Assembly (NCBI GenBank): GCA_017409455.1
Contig: JAFQSS010000028.1
Coordinates: forward strand, 78,104 to 142,103
Direction: 5' to 3'
Source of the DNA: Clostridia bacterium
GTDB taxonomy: Bacteria > Bacillota > Clostridia > TANB77 > CAG-508
Length of the DNA: 64,000 nucleotides
Shown here one piece after another: positions 50,982-60,367 of this stretch. The notes beneath the pieces were generated by a model that ran no database searches, had not been told where the DNA came from, and worked only from the letters and a program-made list of their open reading frames with translations. The translations under genes were made by a program, and so were the position numbers. Positions within the stretch are counted from its first letter, which is position 1; every line of letters begins with the position of its first letter.

Positions 50982-51206
50982 TTAAATTCCGTATTTCTTT
51001 AAAAAATATTCATCTACTTCTTCCTGAGTATGATATCTTCCTTCAGCTATGTTTTTTTCTGCTCGTGCTATTCTTTCTCTAAATTCTAATCTAGCTTCTT
51101 CACATGGAAAAAACATATGCCATTCTTTGTCATATACTCTTTCACTTTTTCTCATCTTTAATTTAGGTAATTCAAATAATCTTTTTAAAGATAATGTTTT
51201 TATCAT
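50982..51206 (-). CDS. putative antitoxin of the ParE-type pair
   Basis: 74-aa ORF directly upstream of the toxin. The C-terminus AEKNIAEGRYHTQEEVDEYFLKK resembles antitoxin tails. Confidence 0.5.
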   Translation of the reverse strand: MIKTLSLKRLFELPKLKMRKSERVYDKEWHMFFPCEEARLEFRERIARAEKNIAEGRYHTQEEVDEYFLKKYGI

Positions 51207-51331
51207 TTTATTTCACCTCTCTTTTAGTATCAATATTATATACTCTCGTTTATTAGACGTCAATATTTCTGAGGCAATTCGTCAAACTTTTCATCGACAA
51301 TTTTCGACCTATATGAAGTGAACCCCAAAAG

Positions 51332-51859
51332 TTGGACAGTAAAAATATAACAATTGGAGGGGTTTTTATGTATTCTGTTAAACAGAAAAAAGAAGTAATT
51401 AATTATATTTTAGAAAATGATGCTTCGCTTTACCAAGCAGAAAAAAAGTTTAATGTTAGTAGAGAAACTATTAGAATTTGGATTGCTAGATATCAAAATG
51501 GTGGTGATAAAAAGTTAAAAAATTCTAACAAAAAAACTAAATATACTGGTCAATTTAAAGTTGATGTTGTAGAATATATGCATGAACATCACTTTTCACA
51601 CAAAAAAACTAGTATAAAATTTATGATTTCTGATTACTCAGTTAAAGAATGGGATTTAATTTATAGACACGAAAGTAAAGATGTTCTCTTGAAAGGGAAT
51701 TATATGAGTATGTATAAAAAGAAAAAACATAAACTTGAAGATAAATCTAAAGAGGAACTAATGGAAGAAGTTGAATATCTTAGAATGGAAAATGCTTACT
51801 TAAAAAAATTAAGAGCCTTAGTTCAAAAAGAAACAAAGCCAAACAATGGCAAAAAGTAG
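51332..51859 (+). CDS. IS3 transposase OrfA (HTH)
   Basis: YSVKQKKEVINYILENDASLYQAEKKFNVSRETIRIWIARYQ and a leucine zipper. The likely start is MYSVK at 51368, after a GGAGGGG SD sequence. Slippery CAAAAAG at 51850-51856. Confidence 0.85.
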   Translation: MDSKNITIGGVFMYSVKQKKEVINYILENDASLYQAEKKFNVSRETIRIWIARYQNGGDKKLKNSNKKTKYTGQFKVDVVEYMHEHHFSHKKTSIKFMISDYSVKEWDLIYRHESKDVLLKGNYMSMYKKKKHKLEDKSKEELMEEVEYLRMENAYLKKLRALVQKETKPNNGKK

Positions 51860-51909
51860 CTGTCATTGCTGAACTAAGGCGTGAATTTAAATTAGAGGCT
51901 TTATTAAAA

Positions 51910-52704
51910 TTGGCTCAAATACCTAGAAGCACATTTTATTACCATCTAAGCAAACTAAATAAAATCGATAAATATGCTGATGTTAAAGAACAAATTCAGT
52001 CTATTTATCACGAAAATAAAGGTAGATATGGATATAGAAGAATGACTGCAGAACTTCATAATAGAGGTTATTACGTTAATCACAAAACTGTTTTAAAACT
52101 TATGAAAGCCCTTGGATTACAATGTTTTATAAGAGCTAAAAAATATCGTTCTTATAAGGGGACTGTGGGTAAAATTTGTGATAATCTATTAAATCGTGAT
52201 TTTAAAGCAGATGCTCCTAATCAAAAATGGGTTACTGATGTTACTGAATTTAAAGTAAATGGTAGAAAATTATATCTTTCACCTATTGTTGATTTGTTTA
52301 ATGGAGAAGTTATAAGTTACAATTTATCTAGACACCCTGTTTTTAAGCAAGTCACAGATATGCTTTCAAAAGCTTTCGAAAAAATATCTGATACTACAAA
52401 TCTAATTCTTCACTCTGATCAAGGCTGGCAATATCAAATGAAAGAATACCAAGAATTATTGAAAGCAAAAGGAATTAGACAAAGTATGTCTAGAAAAGGA
52501 AACTGTTTAGATAATTCACTTGCAGAGAACTTCTTTGGGCTCTTAAAGTCCGAATTATATTATACAAATGATTATAATAATGTTGATGATTTAGAAAAAG
52601 ATATTAAAAATTACATAGATTATTATAATAATAAAAGAATTAAATTAAAATTAAATGGAATGAGTCCTGTTCAATATAGAACTCATTCATGTGTAGCTGC
52701 TTAA
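51910..52704 (+). CDS. IS3 transposase OrfB (DDE/rve integrase core), normally expressed as an OrfAB -1 frameshift fusion
   Basis: YGYRRMTAEL, WVTDVTEF, HSDQGWQY and a C-terminal ...YNNKRIKLKLNGMSPVQYR. The frame is open back to about 51850 in the -1 frame relative to orfA. Confidence 0.85.
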   Translation: MAQIPRSTFYYHLSKLNKIDKYADVKEQIQSIYHENKGRYGYRRMTAELHNRGYYVNHKTVLKLMKALGLQCFIRAKKYRSYKGTVGKICDNLLNRDFKADAPNQKWVTDVTEFKVNGRKLYLSPIVDLFNGEVISYNLSRHPVFKQVTDMLSKAFEKISDTTNLILHSDQGWQYQMKEYQELLKAKGIRQSMSRKGNCLDNSLAENFFGLLKSELYYTNDYNNVDDLEKDIKNYIDYYNNKRIKLKLNGMSPVQYRTHSCVAA

Positions 52705-52745
52705 AAATTTTGTCTAACTTTTTGGGTTCACAACAATAATAACAG

Positions 52746-52795
52746 AAAAAGGACTGTCCCAAATTTCGCAAATTTAAGGACCGTCCCAAAATTTA
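52746..52795. repeat. REP-like unit pair after the PAP2 gene stop
   Basis: AAAAAGGACTGTCCCAAATTTCGCAAATTTAAGGACCGTCCCAAAATTT is nearly identical to 5881-5930. Confidence 0.75.
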
Positions 52796-53404
52796 CATTG
52801 CTGTTATAAAAACTATTAAATATGATATCGCTACTAAAAAACCTGCAAGCACATCACTTGTATAATGTACGCCTAAATAAATTCTACTTGTACCTATCAA
52901 AAATATTAGTAAACTTAATATTGTTATTAATCCCCATTTTAAATATTTATTTTTTACATTTTTATAAATTAAGTATATCAAAAGCCCATAAAATGCTGCA
53001 CTAACCATTGAATGCCCTGATGGAAAACTGTATCCACTTTCATCTATTATTCTATGTTCTGTTGGTCTAGGTCTTTGTACAATATGTTTTAATATTTTGT
53101 TTAACAATGCTGAAGTTGCAAGATTTATCCATATAAAAAAACCTATTTTTTTGTTTTTTATTGCAACTAATAATATCGTAGCTAGAGCTATAAAAAAAGT
53201 AGCTCCTCCAAATTGTGTTATAATTTTTACTATTGGTGTTATATTATCTGATATTATATGTTTTGATATAAAATTATATCCTATAACATCTAATCTATAT
53301 ATTTCATTATCTAACACATCTTCCGCAATTCCTATAACTAATACTAAACATATAAATAGCGCTATCCATTTAACGTTTTTTTCTATAAATTCTTTTACTT
53401 TCAT
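52793..53404 (-). CDS. PAP2-family phosphatase (undecaprenyl-diphosphatase/BcrC-like)
   Basis: KILKHIVQRPRP, SFPSGHS and SRIYLGVHYTSDV (PAP2 motifs C1-C3). Multi-TM. Confidence 0.8.
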   Translation of the reverse strand: MKVKEFIEKNVKWIALFICLVLVIGIAEDVLDNEIYRLDVIGYNFISKHIISDNITPIVKIITQFGGATFFIALATILLVAIKNKKIGFFIWINLATSALLNKILKHIVQRPRPTEHRIIDESGYSFPSGHSMVSAAFYGLLIYLIYKNVKNKYLKWGLITILSLLIFLIGTSRIYLGVHYTSDVLAGFLVAISYLIVFITAM

Positions 53405-53838
53405 TGTTCCTCCGTTTTAGTACATTTTTATTAATGACTTCGTTTTTAGCATATCATATTTTTGTTTTGTATTCAAGATAAAGTTTTAGCAACTTGTCTC
53501 ACTCATCAAAATGTTTAAGAACAAAAAAACTCTATTATTACCATTGTAAAAGATGGTAATATGTCTGGAGTTGAACCCAGCGACATCGCAATCAAAATAA
53601 TGATGTCTACTGGAATCTATGACCTGGTAATTCTGAATAAAATTAAAAATGAGATGGAAGTGATTTTTTAATCACAAGAGACTTCCTTAATGTGTACAAG
53701 TATTAAGGAGGTCTTTTTATTATGTAGAGAATTTTTCAACCAAAGGTTGACACAAAAAAATCAGGTTTCAATAGCACTATTTGATATTGTTTTATATTTG
53801 AATTATATTTTTTAAAAATTTAATATTTATATTTTTAT

Positions 53839-53855
53839 TGTCCAAAGTGGAACTC
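53839..53855 (-). other. degenerate second copy of the tRNA-Leu 3' terminus
   Basis: The rc GAGTTCCACTTTGGACA compares with GAGTCCCACTTTGGGCA of the fragment at 54009-54061. Confidence 0.35.
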
Positions 53856-54008
53856 GGCAAGCCGCGTCGTAAAAAATGTCCACCGGACATTTTTTGTCTG
53901 CGTTTTGGCACTGCCTTAACCGTTCCAAAACTTGCCCACTCCTTTTCGAGCCCCACTCTTCAAAATCAAAAAAATAAAAAACACAGAAAAATCTGTGTTT
54001 TTTATTTT

Positions 54009-54061
54009 TGGTGCCCAAAGTGGGACTCGAACCCACATGGTTTCCCGCACGATTTTGAGTC
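54009..54061 (-). pseudogene. orphan 3' portion of tRNA-Leu(CAA): anticodon loop to CCA, 5' half absent (att-site-like remnant)
   Basis: The rc reads GACTCAAAATC GTGCGGGAAACCATGT GGGTTCGAGTCCCAC TTTGGGC A CCA: anticodon loop with CAA, long variable arm, T-arm and acceptor 3' strand. Sequence upstream of it is not tRNA-like. Confidence 0.7.
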
Positions 54062-54316
54062 TTTTAAGCTATTTTATACTTATTTATTTTTAGTATTAAA
54101 TATTACTTTTTAAGAAGCTCAAAACTATGGATTTTCTAACTCTCACCTTCGTTTTTATTACTTGCTCAAGTATAACATACGTTTTATTACTTTTGCAAGT
54201 TTTTTGAAAAAATGTTAGATGTTTTGTTAGATATGTTAGATGTAATAGATAGTTTATTATTGATGATTGAAAAATAAGACAAAATGTTGTATTATGTCGA
54301 TGGAGGTATCTATTTT

Positions 54317-55348
54317 ATGACCATTATCGATTTAATAACTGAAACTATTAGCTATAAATATTTGTTTTATTTAATTTGCATAGCTTTATTGTTACGTTAT
54401 ATTGTAACTGATTTCATTTTAGCTAATAAAAAATCTAAAATAGAAAATAGAAACGTTAACACTATAGACGGATGGATGGTAATTCCACATCTTACAGTTC
54501 TAATTATTTCTATAATACTAATAGTTAAAGTAAAAACTATTTATAATTTTATAGCTATATTATGCATTCCATTATATATATCTGTTTTAATTATATATCT
54601 TATTAAAATAATAGAAAATGTAAGGCAAGTAAAAGATAGAGAATTTAATGAATTAGAAATTAATTCATTTTTATCTTTTTCTCATTTTGCACTTTTAGTA
54701 TTTACTGAAAAAAGCCAAGAATTTTTTAAAGAATTTTTACAAATGTTAGAAAGTACTCATCCAACAATTTTTCAATGTTTTGCCATAATAGTATTGTTAT
54801 TAAAAACTTTTTTTGTAAGTTTCTTTACTTTATATAGCATACTTATTATTATAAAAAACTTTAAAATAATTATGAATAAGATTTTGACTAAATTGAATAT
54901 AAACTTTAATTTATTTAGTAAAATAAGTAATTTCTTTTTGAATAATGATTGGTATTTTTACGATTTTGTTTTACTGAAAAAGTATAAAAATATAAAAATA
55001 CTTATTCCTATATTATTCATTGTTGATTTAACTGTACTAATTATATGTGATATATTTACTTTTCTAATGTACTTCATACGATATCCTATATTAACTTTAA
55101 TGGTACTATTTAAATATGTATGTAAGTTTATAAAAAACATTGAAAATTTAAACATATCTTTATTTACTTTTAAATGGTTTAGAATTATGATTATATTTTC
55201 TATTACACTTACTTATATAATGTTAAAATTGTTCAATATTAACATACTACCAAATATAATGGATATATTTGAATTAATTTCTACCGTTATATTAATTCCT
55301 TTAATATTTGAACAAATATTTAATATTACACAAAAAAAGACTAATTAA
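54317..55348 (+). CDS. hypothetical polytopic membrane protein (very AT-rich)
   Basis: ORF track gives 54284..55348. MTIIDL at 54317 follows a GGAGG SD sequence. About 9 hydrophobic segments and no family motif. Confidence 0.45.
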   Translation: MTIIDLITETISYKYLFYLICIALLLRYIVTDFILANKKSKIENRNVNTIDGWMVIPHLTVLIISIILIVKVKTIYNFIAILCIPLYISVLIIYLIKIIENVRQVKDREFNELEINSFLSFSHFALLVFTEKSQEFFKEFLQMLESTHPTIFQCFAIIVLLLKTFFVSFFTLYSILIIIKNFKIIMNKILTKLNINFNLFSKISNFFLNNDWYFYDFVLLKKYKNIKILIPILFIVDLTVLIICDIFTFLMYFIRYPILTLMVLFKYVCKFIKNIENLNISLFTFKWFRIMIIFSITLTYIMLKLFNINILPNIMDIFELISTVILIPLIFEQIFNITQKKTN

Positions 55349-55388
55349 TATTTATACAAACCTAAGACTGTCTATTAAAAATAGATAG

Positions 55389-55765
55389 TCTTTTTATTAT
55401 GCAGAGAAATGCAGTACCTCTATAAAAGTACTAGGTTTGGCAAGCCGATGCTATAAAGTTTGCCCGTATTCGTATAAACGGTCTATTTATACAAAGTGCG
55501 TGAGTGAGATTTTTCAACCATAGACTCACAATAATAAAAGAGTTTTTGGGAGGCAAAGCTTGGATGTGGATTTGCAATTGTAAAAAGTGTGGACAAGTAT
55601 GCACATTGATAATTCATCAGCAATTGTAGTAGTTCTTCTACTTACTAGACTACCTATGAAACGAAGCGACTGACTGACGGTTTCTTATTTTTTAGGTGTA
55701 ATAATCTCTTTTAAGCATTGGGATTATTACGCCTAATTATCTTCGCTCTCTCCCTCTGGTTTCTA
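55389..55765 (+). ncRNA. conserved structured element, copy B (homologous to the rc of 37702-38088)
   Basis: See copy A. Lies directly after a terminator hairpin and upstream of the tnpV/mobC/relaxase module, in the same sense as those genes. Confidence 0.5.
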
Positions 55766-55793
55766 TAATAAAAATGAAAGGAATTGATTTAAT

Positions 55794-56146
55794 ATGAAAA
55801 TAGAATATACAAAAGTTGGTGATTACTATTTACTTAATTTATTGCACCAGAAAATATGAAAAATTTTAAAATAGGAAAATACGGAAAATTAAGATTAAGA
55901 TATTTAAAAGAACATAAAAAAGCTGAATACACTATCTTGTTAATGGATAATAAATTACAAAAACATTTAATGGAAATCGATAAAATTGCTAATGAAAGAT
56001 TTGAATTATTGATGAAACAATATGCATCAAAAGAAAATATTACTGAAGAATTAAAATCAAAAGACCAACTAAAATGGGTTGGATTAATGAACAATATAAA
56101 GCACTCTGTTGAAGAAATTATATTAAAAGAATTGATATACGTTTAG
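55794..56146 (+). pseudogene. tnpV: TnpV-like transposon protein gene with a 1-nt frameshift near codon 17
   Basis: ATG at 55794 gives MKIEYTKVGDYYLLNLLHQKI*. Shifting by one frame gives ...PENMKNFKIGKYGKLRLRYLKEHKKAEY..., continuous with ORF 55856..56146. This pattern matches my recollection of the TnpV family. Confidence 0.5.
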
Positions 56147-56157
56147 GAGGAATTGTT

Positions 56158-56484
56158 ATGTTAGAAATAAAATCATTTTACAAAGAATATGAAGATATGT
56201 TTGAAGAATTTTTAGATGATGTTAAAAGAATTTTAAGAAAGAAAAATGAAAAATATATAAAATTACAAGAAAAATATCACAAAATTTTAAATGAAAATGA
56301 AAATCTAGTTTGGGTTTTAGAAGGTCAAACTGAAGGCAGAAATTTATCAAATAAAGAGTGTGTTGCACTCGCAAAATTAGTACAAATTTATTACGAGATG
56401 CAATCAATAGAAGAAAAAGAAATATTCTTTTTAGGTGGTAAAGAAGCTTACTTTTTCTTCAAAAAAATTGGAATTTTAAGATAA
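56158..56484 (+). CDS. hypothetical protein (108 aa)
   Basis: ORF with a GGAGG SD sequence; no motif recognised. Confidence 0.4.
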   Translation: MLEIKSFYKEYEDMFEEFLDDVKRILRKKNEKYIKLQEKYHKILNENENLVWVLEGQTEGRNLSNKECVALAKLVQIYYEMQSIEEKEIFFLGGKEAYFFFKKIGILR

Positions 56485-56493
56485 AAATATAAA

Positions 56494-56560
56494 ATTGTAG
56501 CAGGAGTAACTAGAGCTTTTTATGTATTAGCAAGCACTGAATTGTTACTCCCGCCACAAT
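56494..56560. promoter_or_regulatory. candidate oriT inverted repeat upstream of mobC
   Basis: ATTGTAGCAGGAGTAAC...GTTACTCCCGCCACAAT (14 of 16 positions complementary), followed by the small hairpin GGGACTTTAGTCCC. Confidence 0.4.
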
Positions 56561-56615
56561 TCTGGATGGGACTTTAGTCCCAAACCCTACTATAAAAGAA
56601 ATGGAGGTAATTTTT

Positions 56616-56963
56616 ATGAGAAATAGAACAATAAAAAAACAAATTTGGTTAAATGAAACAGAGGATAATTTATTAAAAGAGAAATGTAAAAAAGCAAATA
56701 TATCTGAAGCAGAATTTTTTAGAAATTGTATAAATGGATTTGAAGTAAGAGAAAAACCTGATGAGAATTTTTATTATATTTTAAGAGATTTAAGAGGCAT
56801 TGCAACAAACATAAATCAATTAGCTAGAAATGCAAATAGATATGGCTATTATTCTGATGCAGAAAAATATAAAAAAGATTTTCAAAAGGTATCAGATTTT
56901 ATTGTTGATATACAGGAAATGTATTTAAATCCTGTTAGAAAGGAATTCTATGGCTACTACTAA
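56616..56963 (+). CDS. mobC: relaxosome accessory protein MobC
   Basis: ORF track gives 56601..56963. The likely start is MRNRTIKKQIW. LRGIATNINQLARNANRYG is the MobC signature region. Confidence 0.75.
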   Translation: MRNRTIKKQIWLNETEDNLLKEKCKKANISEAEFFRNCINGFEVREKPDENFYYILRDLRGIATNINQLARNANRYGYYSDAEKYKKDFQKVSDFIVDIQEMYLNPVRKEFYGYY

Positions 56964-58209
56964 GATATGGAAAATAAAAAATAGATTTGATAATGTTATT
57001 GATTATGTTTCAAATAAAGATAAAACAGATAATAAAAAATATGTATCAGGATTAAATTGTTTGCCAGAAACAGCTTTTAAAGAAATGTCTATTGTAAAAA
57101 AACAATATAATAAAACAAATGGTATTTTAGGATTTCATGCTTATCAATCTTTCAAAGGTTATGAAGTAACAAGTAATGAAGCTCACGAAATTGGAATAAG
57201 ACTTGCTGAAGAATTATGGGGCAATAGATTTCAAGTTATAGTTGCAACACATACTAATACAAAAAATGTTCATAATCACTTTTTTATAAACTCTGTTTCT
57301 TTTGTAGATGGAAAGGATAATAAAGTAAATTATGCAATTATGAGAAGAACATCAGATAATATCTGCAAAGAATATGAACTGCAAACCTTAGAAGAAAAAA
57401 GCTTTTATAAAAACATTTCTAATAGATATGCTAGAAGTAGTAAATATTTAGAGTGTATTCGTGTAGATATAGATTATGCTATATCTCAAGCAAGTATTTA
57501 TAATGATTTTACGAAGATATTAACTAAAATGGGTTATGAATTAAATCATGAACATAACAAAATGAGTATTAGGAAACCACCTTATAAAAGATATACCAGA
57601 GTAGAAAAAACTTTTGGAGAAGAATATTCAAGAGAAAGTATTTTATTTAGAATAAAGCACACACAAGCATTTAAAGTACCTTTTCTAGAATGTCACACTT
57701 TAACAGGAAGATATAAAAGAAAAAACAAAACTTCTATAAGAAATAAGCTAAAAGCTAAAGGCTTACGAGCATTATATTATTACTATTGTTATTTACTAAA
57801 GGTTTTTCCAAAGCAAAAATATCCCCCTAAATACTCAAAAGCTATGAAAGAAGAAATTAAGAAAATGGATAACTATTCAAATTCTGCAAGATTTTTAGTA
57901 AAATATAATATAACTACACTTACTGAAATTAAAGAATATAAATCTTCAGCTATAAATAAAATAGTTGAATTAAAAGGATTAAGAGAAAATTTATGGAGAA
58001 AGCACAAAAGAATTAAAACTGATGAAGAAGGACAATTTATTTGCTCCGAAATTCAAAAATTAGCCACTAAAATAGATGAGCTAAACAAAGATATTAAACT
58101 ATGTAATTTTATTGAAGATAACACTTTAAAGATGAAGAATAGTATTAAAGAAATCAGTGAAGAAGAACATAATATTAAAGTAAAAAATAAAAATAGATAT
58201 GAAAGATAA
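56950..58209 (+). CDS. relaxase/mobilization nuclease (MobA/VirD2-type)
   Basis: ILGFHAYQSF and ATHTNTKNVHNHFFINSVS (histidine triad), with a coiled-coil C-terminus. Overlaps the mobC end. Confidence 0.8.
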   Translation: MATTKIWKIKNRFDNVIDYVSNKDKTDNKKYVSGLNCLPETAFKEMSIVKKQYNKTNGILGFHAYQSFKGYEVTSNEAHEIGIRLAEELWGNRFQVIVATHTNTKNVHNHFFINSVSFVDGKDNKVNYAIMRRTSDNICKEYELQTLEEKSFYKNISNRYARSSKYLECIRVDIDYAISQASIYNDFTKILTKMGYELNHEHNKMSIRKPPYKRYTRVEKTFGEEYSRESILFRIKHTQAFKVPFLECHTLTGRYKRKNKTSIRNKLKAKGLRALYYYYCYLLKVFPKQKYPPKYSKAMKEEIKKMDNYSNSARFLVKYNITTLTEIKEYKSSAINKIVELKGLRENLWRKHKRIKTDEEGQFICSEIQKLATKIDELNKDIKLCNFIEDNTLKMKNSIKEISEEEHNIKVKNKNRYER

Positions 58210-58247
58210 AAATTTAATATTAATTATATTGTTTATTTAATAAAACA

Positions 58248-58278
58248 ATCCCCCTAAGAAAACTTAGAGGGATTTTTT
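58248..58278. terminator. bidirectional terminator between the relaxase and GNAT genes
   Basis: ATCCCCCTAAG-AAAA-CTTAGAGGGATTTTTT. Confidence 0.7.
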
Positions 58279-58311
58279 CTAACCATTCAAATCTGAATAG
58301 TCGATGGATAG

Positions 58312-58929
58312 TTATTTTACCTTGACAACAATAACTTGTGCATCCATTGTGTTCAAACGTTTAAATACATTGGAAATTTTGGCATTCCGAACAGTCTGAG
58401 AAATCTTTTTGTCAGGATACGCGTTTCTGACAATAAGAAATTCATCAGCCGAACTTACAAACTCATTTTTTCTAACAAGCTCATAAATCAATTCCGGAAT
58501 GTCTTCGTTATCCACATTAGGATAGAAATTACTTGTATCACAAGCAAATTTCATTAATGTTTCAAACATTCTAGAGTTATGCGTTTTGGCTGTAAGAAAT
58601 GTAGGATTTTCGTTCTTAATAACTGTTTCAATCATTTTAGAACTAAGTCCTTTTCCTTGCGCTCTAGGATGCAATACAATTCCATGTAAATGGAGAGTAT
58701 CAATATCCTTAAGCTTAGCAAAAATAGAAAAACCACCGAGTACGCCATTTTCATCAAATGCCATACAAATTTTGTAGTCCTCATTGCCGAAAAGATGAGA
58801 AAATACATCATCAAAATCGGTTGAAAATTGAGCTGCATTTGCAACATCTAAACATTGCAGTGCAATCTCCTCTTTGTTCCGAAAATTATTCGGAACGCCA
58901 AAACAGATTCGCCAACCACACCAGTCCAT
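58312..58929 (-). CDS. GNAT-family N-acetyltransferase, substrate unknown
   Basis: LHGIVLHPRAQGKGLSSKMIETVI (acetyl-CoA binding Q/RxxGxG/A motif). Visibly higher GC than the surrounding sequence. Confidence 0.7.
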   Translation of the reverse strand: MDWCGWRICFGVPNNFRNKEEIALQCLDVANAAQFSTDFDDVFSHLFGNEDYKICMAFDENGVLGGFSIFAKLKDIDTLHLHGIVLHPRAQGKGLSSKMIETVIKNENPTFLTAKTHNSRMFETLMKFACDTSNFYPNVDNEDIPELIYELVRKNEFVSSADEFLIVRNAYPDKKISQTVRNAKISNVFKRLNTMDAQVIVVKVK

Positions 58930-58988
58930 AGCTATTCCTCCTTATGATATTAGGTTCATCTTTGTTACCAACTGACATCACTGCTTGA

Positions 58989-60008
58989 TTAGTCTCTGCC
59001 AATAAAACCGACCGCATTATAGACCTGTTCAAGCTTTCCTCTTGCGATTTCATGTGCTTCCTTTGCTCCTTTTGCATAAATTTCTTTTAAGAAAGTGTCG
59101 TACTCTGGGGAATTCAATTCGTTATATTTTGCCTGAATTCTTTCCAAAGTATCAGCAACAATTTCGCCAACCGCTACTTTAAACTTTCCGTAGCCAAATC
59201 CTTCAAACTCTTTTTCAATTTCAGGAATAGTTTCTCCAGTAATTGAAGAATAAATATTGATAAGGTTCTGAATACCCGGCTGCTCATCAGAATATCTTAC
59301 GATATTTTCAGAATCAGTAACAGCCTTCTTAAACTTTTTGATGATAACATCTCTTGGGTCTAACAAAGAAATGTATCCATTCGGATTTGGGTCCGATTTA
59401 GACATTTTCTTTGTTGGGTCCTGCAGACTCATAATTCTTGCACCTGTTTCAGAAATAAAAGGCTCAGGAATTTTAAAGATATTCTGCTTGTAAGTAGAAT
59501 TGAATCTTCTAGCAAGATCTCTTGTAATTTCCAAATGCTGCCTCTGGTCTTCTCCAACAGGAACATAATCAGAATCGTACAAAAGAATGTCTGCTGCCAT
59601 CAGAACAGGATAATCAAACAGTCCAACACCAACGTTTTCCTGTTTCTGAGATTTGTCCTTGAACTGAGTCATTCTGCTAAGCTCTCCCATATAGGTAGAA
59701 CAATTCAGAATCCATGCAAGTTCTGCATGTTCGTGCACATGAGACTGGACGAAAATTGTATTGATGTGAGGATCAATCCCACATGCAATATACTGCATCA
59801 CAGCTTTTTTCGTGTTTTCACGTAACACATTAGGATCCTGACGAACTGTAATTGAGTGCAAATCAGCAATAAAAAACTTACAGTCATACTCATGCTGAAT
59901 TTTTACCCAATTTCTCAAGGCACCTAAATAGTTGCCAAGAGTAAGAACGCCTGATGGTTGAATGCCGCTTAAGATTGTTTTTTTGTTCATATTGAACGCT
60001 CCTTCCAT
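58989..60008 (-). CDS. trpS: tryptophan--tRNA ligase, second (xenologous, higher-GC) copy
   Basis: Full-length class I TrpRS with a KMSKS loop. About four-fifths identical by eye to the copy at 60509..61528. The likely start is MNKK at 59990, after an AGGAG SD sequence. Confidence 0.9.
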   Translation of the reverse strand: MEGAFNMNKKTILSGIQPSGVLTLGNYLGALRNWVKIQHEYDCKFFIADLHSITVRQDPNVLRENTKKAVMQYIACGIDPHINTIFVQSHVHEHAELAWILNCSTYMGELSRMTQFKDKSQKQENVGVGLFDYPVLMAADILLYDSDYVPVGEDQRQHLEITRDLARRFNSTYKQNIFKIPEPFISETGARIMSLQDPTKKMSKSDPNPNGYISLLDPRDVIIKKFKKAVTDSENIVRYSDEQPGIQNLINIYSSITGETIPEIEKEFEGFGYGKFKVAVGEIVADTLERIQAKYNELNSPEYDTFLKEIYAKGAKEAHEIARGKLEQVYNAVGFIGRD

Positions 60009-60070
60009 GAAGTTTGTAATATTGATTTGTCAATGTGCTCTAAACTATCCTCCTAATAGCTTACACCAAT

Positions 60071-60099
60071 ATTTTACAACTTTTTATGTTAATTGTCAA
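60071..60099 (-). promoter_or_regulatory. sigmaA promoter for the second trpS
   Basis: On the minus strand, TTGACA-17 nt-TAAAAT. The leader to the ATG is about 70-90 nt, too short for a T-box. Confidence 0.55.
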
Positions 60100-60159
60100 T
60101 CTTTCCTTCTGATTATATTGAATTTTTGCACATATTTCCTACTTTTTTTACAAAAAACA

Positions 60160-60188
60160 TTGACAAAGTAAAAATATTATGTTATCAT
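60160..60188 (+). promoter_or_regulatory. sigmaA promoter for the tRNA-Trp genes
   Basis: TTGACA-17 nt-TATCAT with TGn extended -10, about 25 nt upstream of the first tRNA. Confidence 0.55.
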
Positions 60189-60213
60189 ATCAATACAAGT
60201 GCTTTTACAGCGG

Positions 60214-60288
60214 GGGAGTATAGTTCAACGGTTAGAATAACGGTCTCCAAAACCGAGGATGTGGGTTCGATTCCTACTACTCCTGCCA
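60214..60288 (+). tRNA. tRNA-Trp (anticodon CCA), copy 1
   Basis: Manual cloverleaf: GGGAGTA TA GTTC AACGGTTA GAAT A ACGGT CTCCAAA ACCGA GGAT GTGGG TTCGATT CCTAC TACTCCT G CCA (75 nt; G1-U72 as read). Confidence 0.85.
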
Positions 60289-60367
60289 TCTTCCATTAAA
60301 TTTTAATGGAAGACAATGACTCTTAAAGAGTCCGAGGCTCGTAATAACGAGCCTCATTCTTATTTTT

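Larger units (their letters stand above)
51319..52730 (+). mobile_element. IS3-family insertion sequence (1412 bp)
   Basis: Terminal inverted repeats TGAACCCCAAAAGTTGGACAGTAAAAAT (left) and, as rc of the right end, TGAACCCAAAAAGTTAGACAAAATTTT. orfA and orfB are in the 0/-1 arrangement. Confidence 0.85.

Noticed and set aside
51316-52733. Target-site duplication flanking the IS3 element.
   Set aside because: The bases adjacent to the inverted repeats (..GAAG | CAAC..) do not form a 3-4 bp direct repeat, so no TSD is claimed.
53555-53625. tRNA-like T-arm (minus strand GTCGCTGGGTTCAACTCCAGACA, followed by a hairpin plus T-run).
   Set aside because: I could not fold a 5-bp T-stem or a cloverleaf around it. 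It is probably a chance resemblance or an unrecognisable relic.
53827-54113. ORFs 53827..54036 (-) and 53838..54113 (+) in the tRNA-remnant region.
   Set aside because: They run through terminator hairpins and the tRNA-Leu fragment. There is no SD sequence and the peptides are implausible.
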